Part shown: positions 39,044 through 52,480 of the stretch, in pieces
Position numbering within the stretch: the stretch's first letter is position 1
Layout: each line of letters starts with the position of its first letter
From: Octopus sinensis
Lineage: Eukaryota
Direction: 5' to 3'
Assembly: GCF_006345805.1 (NCBI RefSeq)
Contig: NC_043005.1
Location: 59,830,001-59,894,000, forward strand
DNA: 64,000 nt
Position numbers and translations under genes: made by a program
The notes under the pieces: generated by a model
What the model was told of the DNA's origin: nothing
Database searches by the model: none
What the model saw: the letters and a program-made list of their open reading frames with translations, nothing else

Positions 39044-41065
39044 TTTTATTTTTGCAAGGAAAAGCTCCACAATTACTTCGAATTTTCAGCTTAGCAGACA
39101 TCATCCCTGATGATGACGGTCATCCAAGCTTTGATATAACTGTCAACTTTTTCCATGTAAAACTAAAATATGTTGACTCTTCCGAAAGGTATTAAGTATT
39201 AAAAGTATTAATTTCATTCTGTTGTTGTTGACAACTGCGACATAATTACTCTGACATATCAATTTAGAATCGTGCATAATTTCGTTGAAGTAATTTACCA
39301 CTGGTGGGTGGCTAAACGAGAAGGAAATGAAGATATTTTATTATACACCCACATCTAATAATTAATTACATTATAATCATTACTGAGATATTTCTATATA
39401 ATTATTATATCATCTTATCATTAAACTCGTAATGAAAATAATTATCATTATCAAACATTAATACCATTAGTTTAATATTTCCTATTCATACAATATTTTT
39501 AGTGATAATATTTCTCATTGTTTTTCTTGCTTATGGGTATTAATTACACCGTAATATCAATAAAATTCCTGGCCTTAGTGAATGCAACATATAACTGACC
39601 ACGACTGTGGCAATTAAATCCATCTTTTATTAAATACTTGACCCTGCGCTTGCTTATCATTAAATAAGTTAATCTGACAGTGAACTGTTTTTTGTAAAGT
39701 TAAGCATAAATTTCAGTCAGTAAATATCACTTGAACTCTCAACTCTTCATACTGTCTGCTGCATAATTTCCAAAGCCCAAATTTTCAAATAAATAGTTAA
39801 TTCAATAACCAAATAAATTAATAGCTTGTAGTTTCAAGTCAAAGCGATTGCTGGATTGATACATTACTTAATAACGATATAACTGAACCTATTTTGATAT
39901 TCAATATGTGTGGTGGCCTTCCAGAAGGAGTAATTTGAATTAGATAATGCTATTGCGCAGCGTTCATTATCTGCTTGATTATTACTAACAATTTTAGTAA
40001 ATACTTTTGAACATTTTCTGGTAGTAGTTCTAAAAATGTATCGTATAAAATGATAATAAGAGTCAGTAGAAGTAAATATTACATACGATGGTCTCTTTGC
40101 CTCAGATGTTTCATAAAAAATAGAATTTACGATAAAGTTTACAATACATGAAAATAATAGTACAGTGACACCCCCTGATATTAATCCCGACATATTCCGT
40201 CTCTTTCCCTTTCGAAACTGAAACAGCCTATTCTTGTAGCGTCTCATATTTTGTGTTAGGTGATATTATCTAAAATGCTGATAGGTATGTGATCTCGTAA
40301 GATATATATCTACAATAACACACAGTGATGTTCATGGAAGACTCGCAAAACTTGTCTGTGATCTTTCCTCAATAAGTTGATTATGCCTCCAAAATTGCAA
40401 TTGATAACAATAATAACTTCAAGGCATCTATCACATGAATTGCAAAAGTACGTAGCATACACTCTTTATCAACGTACATTAAATGTTAATCCCTAAAGAA
40501 ACGAACTTACCCAGATATAGGAGATATATTACAAGCGCTTACATCGACTACAATTATTAGTAGTTTAAATAAGCAATGTAATGTCTTATCACCTAATACA
40601 AATTTGCATCAGCCCTTTTCCACAGACCAGTTGATGCATAAAAATTGTTGTTTCCAAGATGCGAAATTATAATACATATTAACTTTTACCCGTCCTTTTA
40701 GAACTTTATTATGAAAGCATATACATTTCAAAAATACCTTTCTTCATTTAACTATACTAACTTTTCATCATCTATTATTGGTTGTTCGTTTTCAGATGTT
40801 TAAATAAACTGATATATTTATAGAAATTGTTTTTACGCCCCTGGTGTTATGCTCACTGACAATATGTTCCGTTTTCAATACGATAATGCGATATTTTTGG
40901 AGTCGTCTATGTTCAAAAACTAATAAAGTGTCTCAAAGCTGAATTTCATTTTAAAGATTGCAAAAGGCACGCACAATTACCAATATTATTCAAATATAAG
41001 GCGACATTCGCAAAAATGGTGCTCCCTCTAAAGCTTTAAATGCGCTTTGTCGTTTTTCAAATGTC

Positions 41066-41460
41066 CGTGATGAGAAGCTTGCTTACCAACCACATGGTTC
41101 CAGGTTCAGTCCCACTACGTGGCACCTTGGGCAAGTATCTTCTACTATAGCCTCGGGCCGACCAAAATCTTGCGAGTGGATTTGGTAGATGGAAACTGAA
41201 AGAAGCCCGTTGTATAGTGGTATATGTATACATATATATATATATGTGTGTGTGTGTTTGTGTGTCTGTGTTTGTCCCCCCACCATCGCTTGGCAATCGA
41301 TGGTGGTGTGTTTACGTCCCCGTAACTTAGTGGTTCGGCAAAAGAGACCGATAGAATAAGTACTAGGCTTACAAAGAATAAGTCCTGGGGTCGATTTGTT
41401 CGACTAAAGGCGGTTCTCCATCATGGCCACAGTCAAATGACTGAAACAAGTAAAAGAATA
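41066..41460 (+). mobile_element. SINE family A, near full length
   Basis: Close match to 58508-58922 (ggttcagtccc B box, ccttgggcaag, internal TA/TG repeat, tail actgaaacaagtaaaaga). Confidence 0.9.
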
Positions 41461-41610
41461 TAAAACATAAGAGTATTCATAACTTTTTAAAAAAGCTTAA
41501 TTTTTTTATTGAATTCGCCAGATTCCTTCTAGCTTCTACCGTTGAGAAGGCAATAGTCTTTTACGAAAATGTCGACACTTGTGACTCACTGAATACATGC
41601 TGCTGCTGCG

Positions 41611-41642
<32 letters not shown>

Positions 41643-41701
41643 CAATAATAATAACAATAATAATAATAATAATAATAATAATTATGATGATGATGATGAT
41701 A

Positions 41702-41736
<35 letters not shown>

Positions 41737-41929
41737 AAAGCTATAAACAGAGAAGGAAGAATAAAGGAGAAAGGAATTGTAGTGAATTTCGCCCAGTGAA
41801 TCTCAGGCAATCGCTATATAAAAAAACTTCAACACACATCCAGAGGCTGTGTTTTATAAAAAAAAGTAAACGCTGTAAAGACGGAGCCATCTCTTAATGT
41901 CACAGCCCAAACGAATAACGAAACAAAAG

Positions 41930-42290
41930 AAGAATGAGAAGCATGACTACAATGAAGAGATTTGTGCAACACTCACACCAAAACATACAGGAATAGACTC
42001 GTACAGTAAAAACTCAATAAAATGAACAAACCCCACGGTATGTGCCATAGAAGACCGATACCCAACAGAAGAACACTACCTGCACTGCACAAAAACACAT
42101 AATACAAAGACTAATACACAAGAAGACTCAAATCAAACCCCTAACAAAATATATTGATTCAATACAATATTCCCCAAACGAAAAAGAAATGCTGCACTCC
42201 CTTACCACCATGAAAGTGCAGCAAATGATAGAAAAAAAGTTATTTGAAATTACCACATGTTCAATAATACTAGTGGAGATGACGATGGTG
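41930..42290 (+). pseudogene. Possible L1/Tx1-type LINE 3' fragment
   Basis: A-rich; RL..*KLNKMN..C...EEHYLHCTK resembles the C-terminal zinc-knuckle region of L1/Tx1 ORF2; frameshifted. Confidence 0.3.
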
Positions 42291-42435
42291 TTGAACATTT
42301 AAGGACCTTTAAGAGAAGGCTTCCCTACTCGCTCGGCAGTGGTTCTGAAAAGACAGACTACAGACAGACTGTAGTCTGCAGACAGACTACAGCTGTTATC
42401 CTAACACAGCATCACCAGATAATAGTGTAAAGGGC

Positions 42436-44345
42436 AGGAAGTGGACCAGTGAAGAAAACCCGATAGTGATGCACTGCTACTTAGAAAGTGAACTGAAAAG
42501 AAGGGTTTATAGAAAACAGAGGTTAACAATTTGGGTGGAGATGGGTATGTTTAAAGTGATTGAGCAGAGAATATTAGAGCATGCTAATGTTATTAAGAGG
42601 GAAAGTAGATGGCAGAATTGGAGGTGGAAGAGATCACAAAAGAACTGGAAAAGAAAGGCCAGGTAGTAGAAAAGACAAACAGCATAAAGGATAGTATCAA
42701 AGAAGTATCTAAAGGAAAAAAGTAATAGCACTACTAGGAAGGGACTACTGTCATCAACGATTTAAACGATTTAAGTGAGCAAAATCAAAACATATTAGAT
42801 GAGATGCAGGAAGCAATGAGTAAAGAAGAAAGAAAAAGATTGCTATCCTTAAAAAGGTGCCAAAAGAAGGAACCTGCTAGATATAACTAGGATAGTAGAT
42901 TCTATTGTTGTAGGATATATACCAAAAATATAGGTGACACTAACTTACTATGTAAAAAGAGTAATAGCTACTAGAAGATTAGCTATTCCTCAAAGAAAGT
43001 CTGAAGAAGAACAAATGCGGAATAGGAGATTACAAAATAAATTGAAGATTTAAAACAAGATCTGAATAGAACAAAAGCCTGGAAACTGAACGAATTAGGA
43101 AATACAAGATTCAAATCTTCACTTGAGAAAAGATACTTATTGAAAGAGAAATGATTTGAGACAATGATGAAAGTGTTGAAACAGTGTATCATATCAGTAG
43201 TAGGTGAGCTTTACTGATATCAGAAAAGAATAGATCAGTATCAACGGCGTAGATTATTTGAGATAAGATTAGCGGAGATTTTGATGCCGAATATATAATG
43301 GAGTAGAAAGTAATGAAGATGTAAAACCTAATGCAGGAAAAGCTAGAACAACAAGAAGCAGTGAGTGAGAAGCAGCCAGATCTAAGATTCTGTGCATTAG
43401 TGAGGAAAGTGTCAGAATAATTGCCGAATTGGAAGGGCCCAGGACCAGATTTCAAGGGTACAAGAGTAGTGATTAAAGAAATGTAGAAGCTTACATGAGT
43501 GATTGAGGGAACAACTTCAGGACTGCTTGAATAGAGGAGTAATACGAGATTGGATAACTACAGGGAGAACGGTACTCCTTACGAGAGGCGAAATCAAGGG
43601 TAATACAGCTAGCAATTATAGAGCAGTTATTTGCTCTGTGGAAGCTGTAAACAAGAATGCTTTCAGAAAGCATTTACGAACACCTTAGCCAAAAGTTGCT
43701 GCCAGAAGAACAGAAAGGCTGCAGGAAAAAGGCTAGAGGAACGAATGATCTACCATACATAGAAAAAGCAGTTCTAAATGAAGTAAAATCGAGAAAAAAA
43801 AATTAAGAATAGCACGGATAGATTATAGGAAAGCCTGTGACAGAATTCCATGCTGTCATAGGTATACTGTCAGCATTGCAGACAACATAAGAGAATTACT
43901 TAGCTTTAGTATAAAGAAATCGAAAGATATCTACTCACAGGACACAGCTCTAAGGAAAGTTAATATCAAGCGAGGAATTTTCCAAGAAGACTCATTATCC
44001 CTTTTAATATTTGGCTTAAGTTTATTCCCCCTCTATCTAAGTATTAAGGTAAGCAAAATTAGGGCATCACTTCAGAAATAGTGAGGGAAAATTAACCAAT
44101 TGCTCTATATGGATGATCTGAAGATTTTTAGTAATAATAAAAACGAAATAGATTCCTTAATACAAAATGTATAACATTTCAGCAAAGATATAGGTTTGGA
44201 GTTTGGCATAGATAAATGTGCAATATTAGTCATGAAAAAGAGACTGGTATCCAATTACCAGATGGCCTGACATTAAAATCATTGAAAGAAAGAGGGAGTT
44301 ATAAGTATATCGGGGTAGTAGAATCTGCTTGAGTATTAACTATAA
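42436..44345 (+). pseudogene. R4/Dong-like non-LTR retrotransposon ORF (N-terminus plus RT), decayed, 3'-truncated
   Basis: RKWTSEEN..VMHCY...YRK...IW...EQRI; NWKGPGPD; WITTGRTVLL...SNYR; LPEEQKGCRKKARGTND; IDYRKA; IKRGIFQEDSLS; LLYMDDLK (YMDD 44106-44117); FSKDIGLEFGIDKC; YKYIG. Multiple stops. Confidence 0.92.
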
Positions 44346-44384
44346 AAATGAAGTACCATGGAGTACATCGGAGGAAGATAATGA

Positions 44385-44560
44385 AGTCAAGGCAAAATGG
44401 TCCGAATCTAGTGAAGGCTGTAAAGTGTCAGCAAATATACCACATGCACTGACCTGCAATTCTCATGCTTGCAACGTCTGTGGGCTTCTTTGCAAATCTT
44501 TGGCGGGACTTAAATATGGCATTCCACATAAGTACTGTGACTGACAAAGAAAGAATGGGC
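44385..44560 (+). mobile_element. RTE-type LINE 3' end fragment
   Basis: CNVCGLLCKSLAGLK resembles the C-terminal CxxCGRxCxSxAGLxSH zinc finger of RTE elements. Confidence 0.45.
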
Positions 44561-44649
44561 TGTCAAATCCTCATGCGTCTAAACTGACTAAACTGACAGG
44601 TAAGTCCATCATATATGCGTGTGTGTGTGTGTGTGTATGTGTGTGTGTG

Positions 44650-44898
44650 TGTGAAGGCGTGTGGCTTAGTATTTAGAGTGTTGGAGTCATGATCGCAAGA
44701 TTGTTGCTTTGATCCCTGAACCGGGCAACGCGTTGTGTTCTTGAACACGACACGTCGTTTCACGCTGCTCCATTCCACTCAGCTAGCTAAAATGAGTAGT
44801 CCTACGACGGATCAGCGTCCTATCCAGCTAAGGAATATATACACTATTGAGACCGGGAAGCTAGCCATCATGAGCCTGGCATGGCTCGAAAAGGAAGC
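44650..44898 (+). mobile_element. SINE family C
   Basis: ggcgtgtggcttagtatttagag...cctacgacggatcagcgtcctatccag...gagcctggcatggctcgaaaaggaa. Confidence 0.8.
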
Positions 44899-44901
44899 AT
44901 T

Positions 44902-44940
<39 letters not shown>

Positions 44941-45453
44941 GCGTGCGTGCGTGTGCGAATGTATGCATATATGTGTGTATGTATGTATGTATGCATATAT
45001 GTATATAGATGGGGAGGTAGATAAATGCACTAAAACATATACAAACTCCGATATGGATATCTCATAAGAAGACCGTCTCCAAAGTAAGTGGTTCAAGCGT
45101 AAGTCCCACTATACGGTTGTTTGACCAGGTATTCTCTACTAAACACCCAACCTTAGTGATGTGATACGAAACTACAATCATCCGTCCTATTTAGTGTGTA
45201 TGCTGGTATGATTCATATACATATATGTATATATATATATGTATATATGTATATATATATATGTGTGTGTGTGTGTGTATAAAATCACACTCACTCACAT
45301 ATTTGTATACGCACACACACACACACACATATATATATGCATATATGTATGAGTGTATATGTATACATATATCTGCATATTAGTACATATATATATATGT
45401 AATTATATATATTTATATATATATATATGTATATATATGTGTATATATATATG

Positions 45454-45530
<77 letters not shown>

Positions 45531-45971
45531 TTTATCTCTTAACTGTTTAAGTTAGTTGTCTGCGGCCGTGCTGGTGCACTGCTTTCAATAATTTCGTTCT
45601 GGTTCAAGAACGAAAATTGTTTCCGATATGTTTATTTAATGAGTTTTATTGTTTTAAAAGGTGACGGAGCGTGTATGTGTGTGCGTTTCTAAATATATGC
45701 GCATGTGTGCGTCTTTGTATTCGAGTCTTACCCTCTGGTTTCTCCATGTTAACACCGTATGACAACACGCTTTGATTCGTTTAACTCCGACTTAATATAA
45801 ATCAAATATAATAATTTCCCAACCTAAGCGTATTAGGCTTATTTTTGTATCGAGTAATATCTTTTAAGGTGGTTCGATCGCGTCACGGTTGTCCAATGAC
45901 GGTTTCCTGGAAGAGAAAATATATATATGTGTATATATGTATATATATGTATGTATGTATGCATATATGCA

Positions 45972-46074
<103 letters not shown>

Positions 46075-48523
46075 CATATACTTATATTTGTGTATGTATG
46101 CATGTAAGTATGAGCGTATGTAGGTATAGAACCTTTAGTAATGTTTCAATACAATGTATTTGGCAGACATTGCACATCTATAAGTTGTTATGTAAAAGTT
46201 ATAAATTGAATCACTATAGAAACAACAAAATAAATTTTATGGAAAACAATAAACGCAGTTTTGATTGCTTCATATTTCTCAAGAGGTTTGCAAATATATA
46301 TATGTACAATTGATTGATTTTACTCGACGAAACAACAAGAACGTTTCTCACACGGTTTTCAGTGAGCCGATACTTAATTTAGGGTGCTATTTTCGATACA
46401 CTGTTTAGTGAGTCTTACAATATATTCAAGTTTTGATGTAACATTGCAGAACGAGTATATATCGCAAATCAACCAGGTGTAATTTTCTCATTTCTAACCT
46501 ATACATATATCCGTTAACATTTGAAATATACGCATTTCTATTCAATAATTTGTTATTGTACATCGCTCCCGTTTCTAAAAGCTGTGAACTGTTTCTTCAC
46601 ATTGGATGTATTTAGAATCATCTGACATATAAACCAGGAATTAATTATCACCTCCACTCAAACAGTGATGCATCAGTAACTGGATATCAAATATTAAGCT
46701 TATAATTTCAATCTGTTTTCTGCCATTGTATTAAATGAGCATTTCTTCTGTTCCCTTCCATTTGCACAGTTCGCTATATGTTGGGAAGTTAATAATACAT
46801 GGAATTTATTATCTTCAAATGAAGATTGAAACTGCTAGTGGGATTACGCCTTCATCGGCCCCTACAATAAATGCTAAAATGAGATGATGCACTTGAGATT
46901 ATGAACTGTAGTCCGCTTGAGTGGAAACCCTGGGTTATACAAGTATCAGACGATTAGATTGACAAAACAACATGCTTGGTAGTTTATTTTCTTTCATAGG
47001 GATCAATCCTCGAATGTTGAAAAACAAATAGGATACTGTTCAATTGAACTCAGAATCTGAGGCACAGAAAATTATACTGTAAGACATAGAAGCAGCTAAC
47101 GACAAGTAATTTTGTAAATCGACGACACGCGAGATTCAAAACTTTATTTTGTATATAAATCTCTATCCTGCAATGTATATTATACGGTTGTTATATTATT
47201 ATTATAAACTCGTATTTCTTTTCTCCAACTACTTTCTTTTTGCTTTTAGTTGGCAAATTCCACAATTAAGAAATACAATTTCCTTCTGCGAGAGACTTAC
47301 TCAAAAGAAATATTTACGCTTTTTTTTATCGCTTGCCAAGTTCTATATTTGAAATCAAATGAGCGGTTTTGCTTTAGAAAGGAATTATTTAACATGGCAT
47401 CATCAGGTTTTACTGTTTCGTCTGGTGGTTGTTAATGCATTTCTTTTGGATGACTGTTTAATATAAGTGGTTTGAGGAATTTGATCCAAGTGATAATGAT
47501 ACATTTGCAGAATATGGTTTCTTTGGACAATTTCATGAACAGATATTCATTGTCTACGCCTCGATGATTTAGGGATTTTCTTTATAACTTTGGCATATAA
47601 TTATTATGGTCTTCAAACTTTGTTATTGCCAATTATTTGTTTAATTCACGCTAGTTTGACCAGGAGAATGCGCTGGGAGTAAAATTATATCTGTCTATTA
47701 AAATTGATGGTGATTCGGTCCAGAAAGCTAACGTGTTGCACAATGCTAGGAGAATGTTCAATTTCTACACACACACACACACACGCGCGCGCAGGCACAC
47801 ACACACACACGCGCGCGCACACACACACACGCACGTTCACACGCACGCACGCACGCACATACGCACGCACACACACACAAACAACGAAGCAAACAGACCT
47901 CCCACAAACACACGTGCACGCAAATGCATACACGCGTATACGTAACATACGAAGACAAACATGCATATGCACATCAGAACTTATATATATATATGTATGT
48001 GTGTGTATGTTTGTGTGCGTCCGTCCGTGTGTGTGTATGTAATGGTGTGTGTATATGTAGTGACGTGCGTGTGCGTGCATATGTATATTAGAGGTTTTAA
48101 GTGTGACAGTGCGTGGACTGCGGGTTGCAGTGTTCAGCTAATGATCATAAGTTAGTGGAGTCAGTCTGTAGAACCGTTTGCGTAATGATGTAAAGCAATT
48201 TAATTGATATTGTCTCAGTCAGTTGAAATGAGAATCAGCTGCGTTTTTATACAAATACCTCTCATTCCATCCAGCTGTCACATTCTCAACGTTCCTTTGT
48301 TTTGCATGCTCTTAACTAAAGTATGTCTATGTGCTATCAAGTCATACACGTTTGCCGATACTGTTGTACTTTTACATTACTTGTTAAGATTATCTCTACG
48401 GATATTCTCAAGAAATTATAGTCAGCACTGATATTACAACAACGTTTCGTATAAGGGACGTCAAATGTAAACAAACAATGAAATCGCCAAAAAATAAAAA
48501 GAAAAAGAAAACCAAGTTTATAG

Positions 48524-48918
48524 TAATATAAACACAGAGGGGACAAACATGGACAGACAACCTGATCAAGTCGGTTACATAGACTCAGTGCATAACTGGT
48601 ACTTAATTTAACGACCCCGAAAGGATGAAAGGCAAAGTCGACCTCGGCGGAATTTGAACTCAGAACGTAACGGCAGACGAAATACCTATTTCTTTATTAC
48701 CCACAAGGGGCTAAACATATAGGGGACAAACAAGGACATACATAGGTATTAAGTCGATTACATCGACCCCAGTGCGTGACTGGTACTTAATTTATGGACC
48801 CCGAAAGGATGAAAGGCAAAGTCGACCTCGGCGGAATTTGAACTCAGAACGTAACGGCAGACTAAATACCGCTACGCATTTCGCCCGGCGTGCTAACGTT
48901 TCTGCCAGCTCACCGCTT
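48524..48918 (-). mobile_element. SINE family B head-to-tail dimer
   Basis: Full unit 48684-48918 plus a headless unit 48524-48683, both with gaccccgaaaggatgaaaggcaaagtcgacctcggcggaatttgaactcagaacg on the + strand. Confidence 0.9.
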
Positions 48919-49026
48919 TCCAACTTTATAGTAATATAATAACAGTAGAATATACACGGCTGGCTAGACTTTTATATACACCATAAGGTTCGAAACTCGC
49001 ATGTTATCAATTTGCAAACTGACTTG

Positions 49027-49097
<71 letters not shown>

Positions 49098-49149
49098 TGT
49101 GTGTGCACTTATACATACATAGATGCAAACATATATAGGTTTTCTTTTT

Positions 49150-49548
49150 TTCGTTTTCTTTTACTTATTTCAGTCATTTGATTGCGGCTATGCTGGAGCC
49201 CCGCCTTAAAGGGTATTAGTCGAAGAAATCGACCCCATGACTTATTCTTTGTAAGCCTTGTACTTATTCTAACGGTCTTTTTTTTTTGTCGAACCGCTAA
49301 GATACGGGGACGTAAACACTCCGACATTGGTTGTGAAGCGATGGCGAGGAAGAAAGACAAAGACGCACACACATCAATGCATACACACACATATATAATG
49401 CTTTCTACTATAGGCACAAGGCCTGAAATTTAGTGGAAGGGGGCTATCCGATTACATCGACAACAGTGCGTAACTGGTACTTAATTTATAGACATCGAAA
49501 GGCTGAACGGCAAAGTCAACCTCGGCGGAATTTGAACTCAGAACGTAG
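49150..49548 (-). mobile_element. Adjacent SINE family A 3' half (49150-49395) and family B fragment (49405-49548)
   Basis: Direct similarity to the full copies elsewhere in the window. Confidence 0.8.
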
Positions 49549-49554
49549 TTATGG

Positions 49555-50830
49555 AAGAATTAAAATTAATCAAAGGACATACTAATTATGTCTACCTGCT
49601 GGAAATAACAGTTTACTCTTATTTAAATCGCCTAAATACATGGGTAATAACTACAGAAATCAACCGTCCGAAGGCAAACGTGCTAAGACAATCTCTCAGC
49701 ATACATTTAAGTATTTGGATTCACGTGGACTAGTTTTTGGACTAGCATAATAGCTTCACCCTCCTCAGCATGCGTTATCATGATGGCAAGCCCCAAACCG
49801 TCGTGTTGATTTCTGCTTTGCAACTGATTCGTTTTGCGCCGAATCATGACAGCCACCAGTGTGAAAATAATTTCAATACGGAGCAAATAATTCGTGAGAA
49901 AATAATTTGCGAAGATATCATTGACTCTATTACTATTTTGTGTAACAATTTAAAAATGATAATAATAGAATTAATAATATCGGCGATTGCAGGCTCCAGA
50001 AGGATTAAGATTAATCAAAGGATATACTAAGTATGTCTACCCGCTGGAAATAACAGTCAGAACTCTTATTTAAATCGCCAAAATACACTGATAATAACTA
50101 CAGAAATCAATCTCTATCAGAGTGACGGGTGGTGAGGAAGGTGAGGCTATTATACAAGTCCAGAAACCGATCCACGTGAATACAAATACTTGAATGTGTG
50201 GTAAGAGATTGTCTTAACCTGTTTGCCTTTGGACGGTTTATTTCTGTAGTTATTACCAGTGTATTTTGGTAATTCAAATATGAGTTTTGACTGTTATTTC
50301 CAGCAGGTAGATAAACATAATATGTCCTTTGATTAATTCTAATCCTTCAGCTATTTAATGTATTTTTTAATGGGACCTGCAATCGCATATATTATTGATA
50401 CCGTTATTATCATTTTTAAATTGTTACACTAGATAATAATAGAGTCAATGATACCTTCAGAAATTAATTTGGTCGTGAATTATTTTTCTCCTGAACTTTT
50501 TGCTCCGTATCGAAATTATTTTCACACCAATGGCTGCCATGATTCGACGCAAAACGAATCATTTGCAGCGCAGACATGACGGTTTGAGGCTCTCTATCAT
50601 GGTAACGCGTGCTGAGGAATGTGAGGTTATTATGCCAGTCCAGAAACCGGTTCACGTGAGTCCAATTACTTGAATGTATGCTGAATGTATGCTGAATGTC
50701 TTAGCCCGTTTTTCTTCGGACGGTTGATTTCTGTAGTTATTATCAGTGTATTTTGGTGATTTAAATGTTTTGACTGTTATTTCCGGCAGATAGATATACT
50801 TAGTATGTCCTTTGACTAATTTTAATCCTC
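49555..50830. mobile_element. HHR-bearing ~445-480 bp monomer in tandem plus inverted array (retrozyme/pLTR-like)
   Basis: About 1.25 units on - (49555-50111) abut about 1.5 units on + (50112-50830); HHR motifs at 49722-49774 (-), 50126-50178 (+) and 50606-50658 (+). Confidence 0.85.
50606..50658 (+). ncRNA. Minimal type I hammerhead ribozyme motif
   Basis: cgcgtg-CTGAGGA-atgtgaggttattatgccagtcca-GAAA-ccgg-TT-cacgtg; core intact, palindromic ACCGGT stem III, stem II weak in this copy. Confidence 0.62.
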
Positions 50831-50858
50831 AAGTGATATATATATATATACACACACA

Positions 50859-51229
50859 CGAGTAGGTGCTGTAATATTCCTAGTTTTGGGTAAAAAAAAA
50901 TACAGCAGAGTATGTTCATTATGAATGATTTTATTCAACATATTCCCCTCTCCTTTTACTGCAGCGGCCCCTTAGTTTTTCTAAGCCATGTAAAATAATT
51001 TATACATAGAAGAGGAGGCGCTGAAAATTTCCTGGCTTTAAGGGTATCGCGAAAGGCCTGACTGGAGCCCCAACCTTCAGAGTTCTTTTACAGGGCTTAG
51101 AAAAACTGGAACACCGCTGCAAGAAGTGTGTGAATCTGAAGGGGGAATATGTTGAGTATAATTCTAATTGACTGATGCTCCTGTATTTTCTTTTACCCAA
51201 ATCCAGGAACTTTTCAGCACCACCTCGTA
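50859..51229. mobile_element. Mariner-derived MITE(s)
   Basis: TIR-like acgag.aggtgctg.aa..ttcct and aggaacttttcagcaccacctcgTA; EFFLQGLEKLEHRCKKCVNLKGEYVE at ~51080-51157 matches the mariner transposase C-terminus. One complete unit (51010-51229) plus an inverted partial (50859-50995). Confidence 0.85.
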
Positions 51230-52121
51230 TACACATAATAACACCATATTTCAGTGATCTTTAAAATGTTAAAGTTCGTATATGATAGTCATCTTTAACT
51301 CTTCACAGAAATAAAATTGAATGGAAATATCTACATGAAAATTCAGGCATGAACACCCAGCACCTCTCTATATTTCTTCAGTGAAATTTACATCATAAAT
51401 GCAAGCGTATACGTATATTAGATATGCAACATTTCTATAATTGTGTATTATGGTTGCATGATCACAAATATCGCTTAAAGCATATGGAATTCTATGAACA
51501 AAGGAATATGGGAAAATGGTAAAAAAAAAACGGCAATATGAAGCAGAACTCCTCATATAGAAGTGCGTTTCTCTCTGTTGCAGGGATATAGGTTAAAGTA
51601 TATGTGATTTTGCGTGAATTAATGGTTAATTATAGGTGAACATAAACGCATAAATTCATTTGCATGTTTGTGTGTTTATGCTCGCAAGGGAGATGTGAGC
51701 ATTTATTTAAGCGTATGTTGTAGGTGCGCACATGTGTTTATATGTATGAGTATATGAATACGTTAACGATTCTATATAGAGACATATATGTGTATTTTTG
51801 ATATATGGCCATGGGTGAAGATTTACATGTACGTGCAAACATGCATTTCATTTTTTATATGTTTCCAGTTTCTCATATTTCTTTGTATAGTTCCGAATTT
51901 TTTATCAATAATTTTGCTCAAACATCAATGGTGCGCGATTGTTACATAAATAATAATATATGATTCGTTGTCTTACAAACGGGTTACAGAACATTCTATT
52001 TCATCGACATGTAAGTTAACGAAAAAACAAATAAATATTTCACGGATTGGCATTAAAATAATAAATTTTACGCAAAAAGCATATTTGCATATTAACTTTT
52101 ATCTAAAGTTATATTGCTATA

Positions 52122-52217
<96 letters not shown>

Positions 52218-52273
52218 ATGTGTATATATATATGTGTGTTTGCGTGTATAGGTATATATATATACATACGTAC

Positions 52274-52338
<65 letters not shown>

Positions 52339-52339
<1 letters not shown>

Positions 52340-52480
52340 ATGGGGCGCACAGCCTAGTGTATAGCGGTATTGGATGTTGCACTCGCGATCTCGAGATTGT
52401 GGTTTCAAATACTGGGTCGGCTGATGCATTTTGTTTTTGAGCACAACACGTGACTTCGTTGCCCTGCGTTCACTTCAACG
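52339..52480 (+). mobile_element. SINE family C 5' part
   Basis: ggggcgcacagcctagtg...actcgcgatctcgagattgtggtttcaaatac...ttgagcacaacac. Confidence 0.65.

Noticed and set aside
39108-39130. CTGATGA followed by a tgac/gtca stem
   Set aside because: No downstream GAAA or stem I partner; not a hammerhead.
46335-48470. Two GAAACGTT half-motifs on the minus strand (~46345 and ~48445)
   Set aside because: No acceptable CUGANGA plus stem I; possibly old relics but unsupported.
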